From positions 106,082,001 through 106,146,000 of the forward strand of contig CM126210.1 of NCBI GenBank assembly GCA_052327205.1: a stretch of DNA of 64,000 nt, read 5' to 3'. Shown piece after piece: positions 63,673 to 64,000 of this stretch (position 1 is its first letter; each line of letters opens with the position of its first letter). This stretch comes from Somniosus microcephalus. Lineage: Eukaryota. A program made the translations under genes and the position numbers. The notes under the pieces were generated by a model, which made no database searches, was not told the origin of the DNA, and saw nothing but the letters and a program-made list of their open reading frames with translations.

Positions 63673-64000
63673 TAATTTGTTAAGATGACACTCTTGCCAC
63701 AGTCTTTTGAAATTATTTTGTTAACACCACATTACTAGCATCCCCCCAAAAAATTATAGAACATATGAACAGGAGTAGGCCATTCAACCCTTGAGCCTGT
63801 TCTGCTCAAATTACTTGAAATTTACTTTCTTATAAAGTGCATTTGTCCCATACTTTTAAAGATAATAAAGGTATCTCTCAAACTGCTTTGTTACTAAGCT
63901 TTAGACTGTTAGAAACATTCTAGAAGCAGACATTTTGTACAGAATTCCCTCCTCATGTGACTTCATGACATTTCCCTCTAGTGACATGAATGAATGTAAT

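Overview
Eukaryotic, AT-rich, repeat-dense vertebrate DNA; the repeat families suggest a cartilaginous fish such as a shark (inference). No intact host protein-coding gene is visible, only two weak exon candidates. The window holds: (1) one near-full-length and one degraded two-gene Harbinger transposon (HARBI1-type transposase plus spliced Myb/SANT gene), several deletion derivatives and many Harbinger-type MITEs; (2) a young but disabled Gypsy LTR element and an unrelated solo LTR; (3) CR1, RTE and other LINE fragments, Deu-domain SINEs and Penelope-like foldbacks; (4) a 6-kb CpG-rich block at 26419-32496 that resolves into four non-autonomous Helitrons. Three of these sit within the first 6 bp of the fourth, and all carry a promoter-like motif cassette; this stack is the best candidate for something undescribed. 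Other notable points are two divergent MITEs at the same position of a SINE-derived minisatellite, a Harbinger lineage that kept Myb but lost the transposase, and a CR1 with a 91-bp locally templated 5' insert. Coordinates were read by eye, and family names come from recognition, not database searches.
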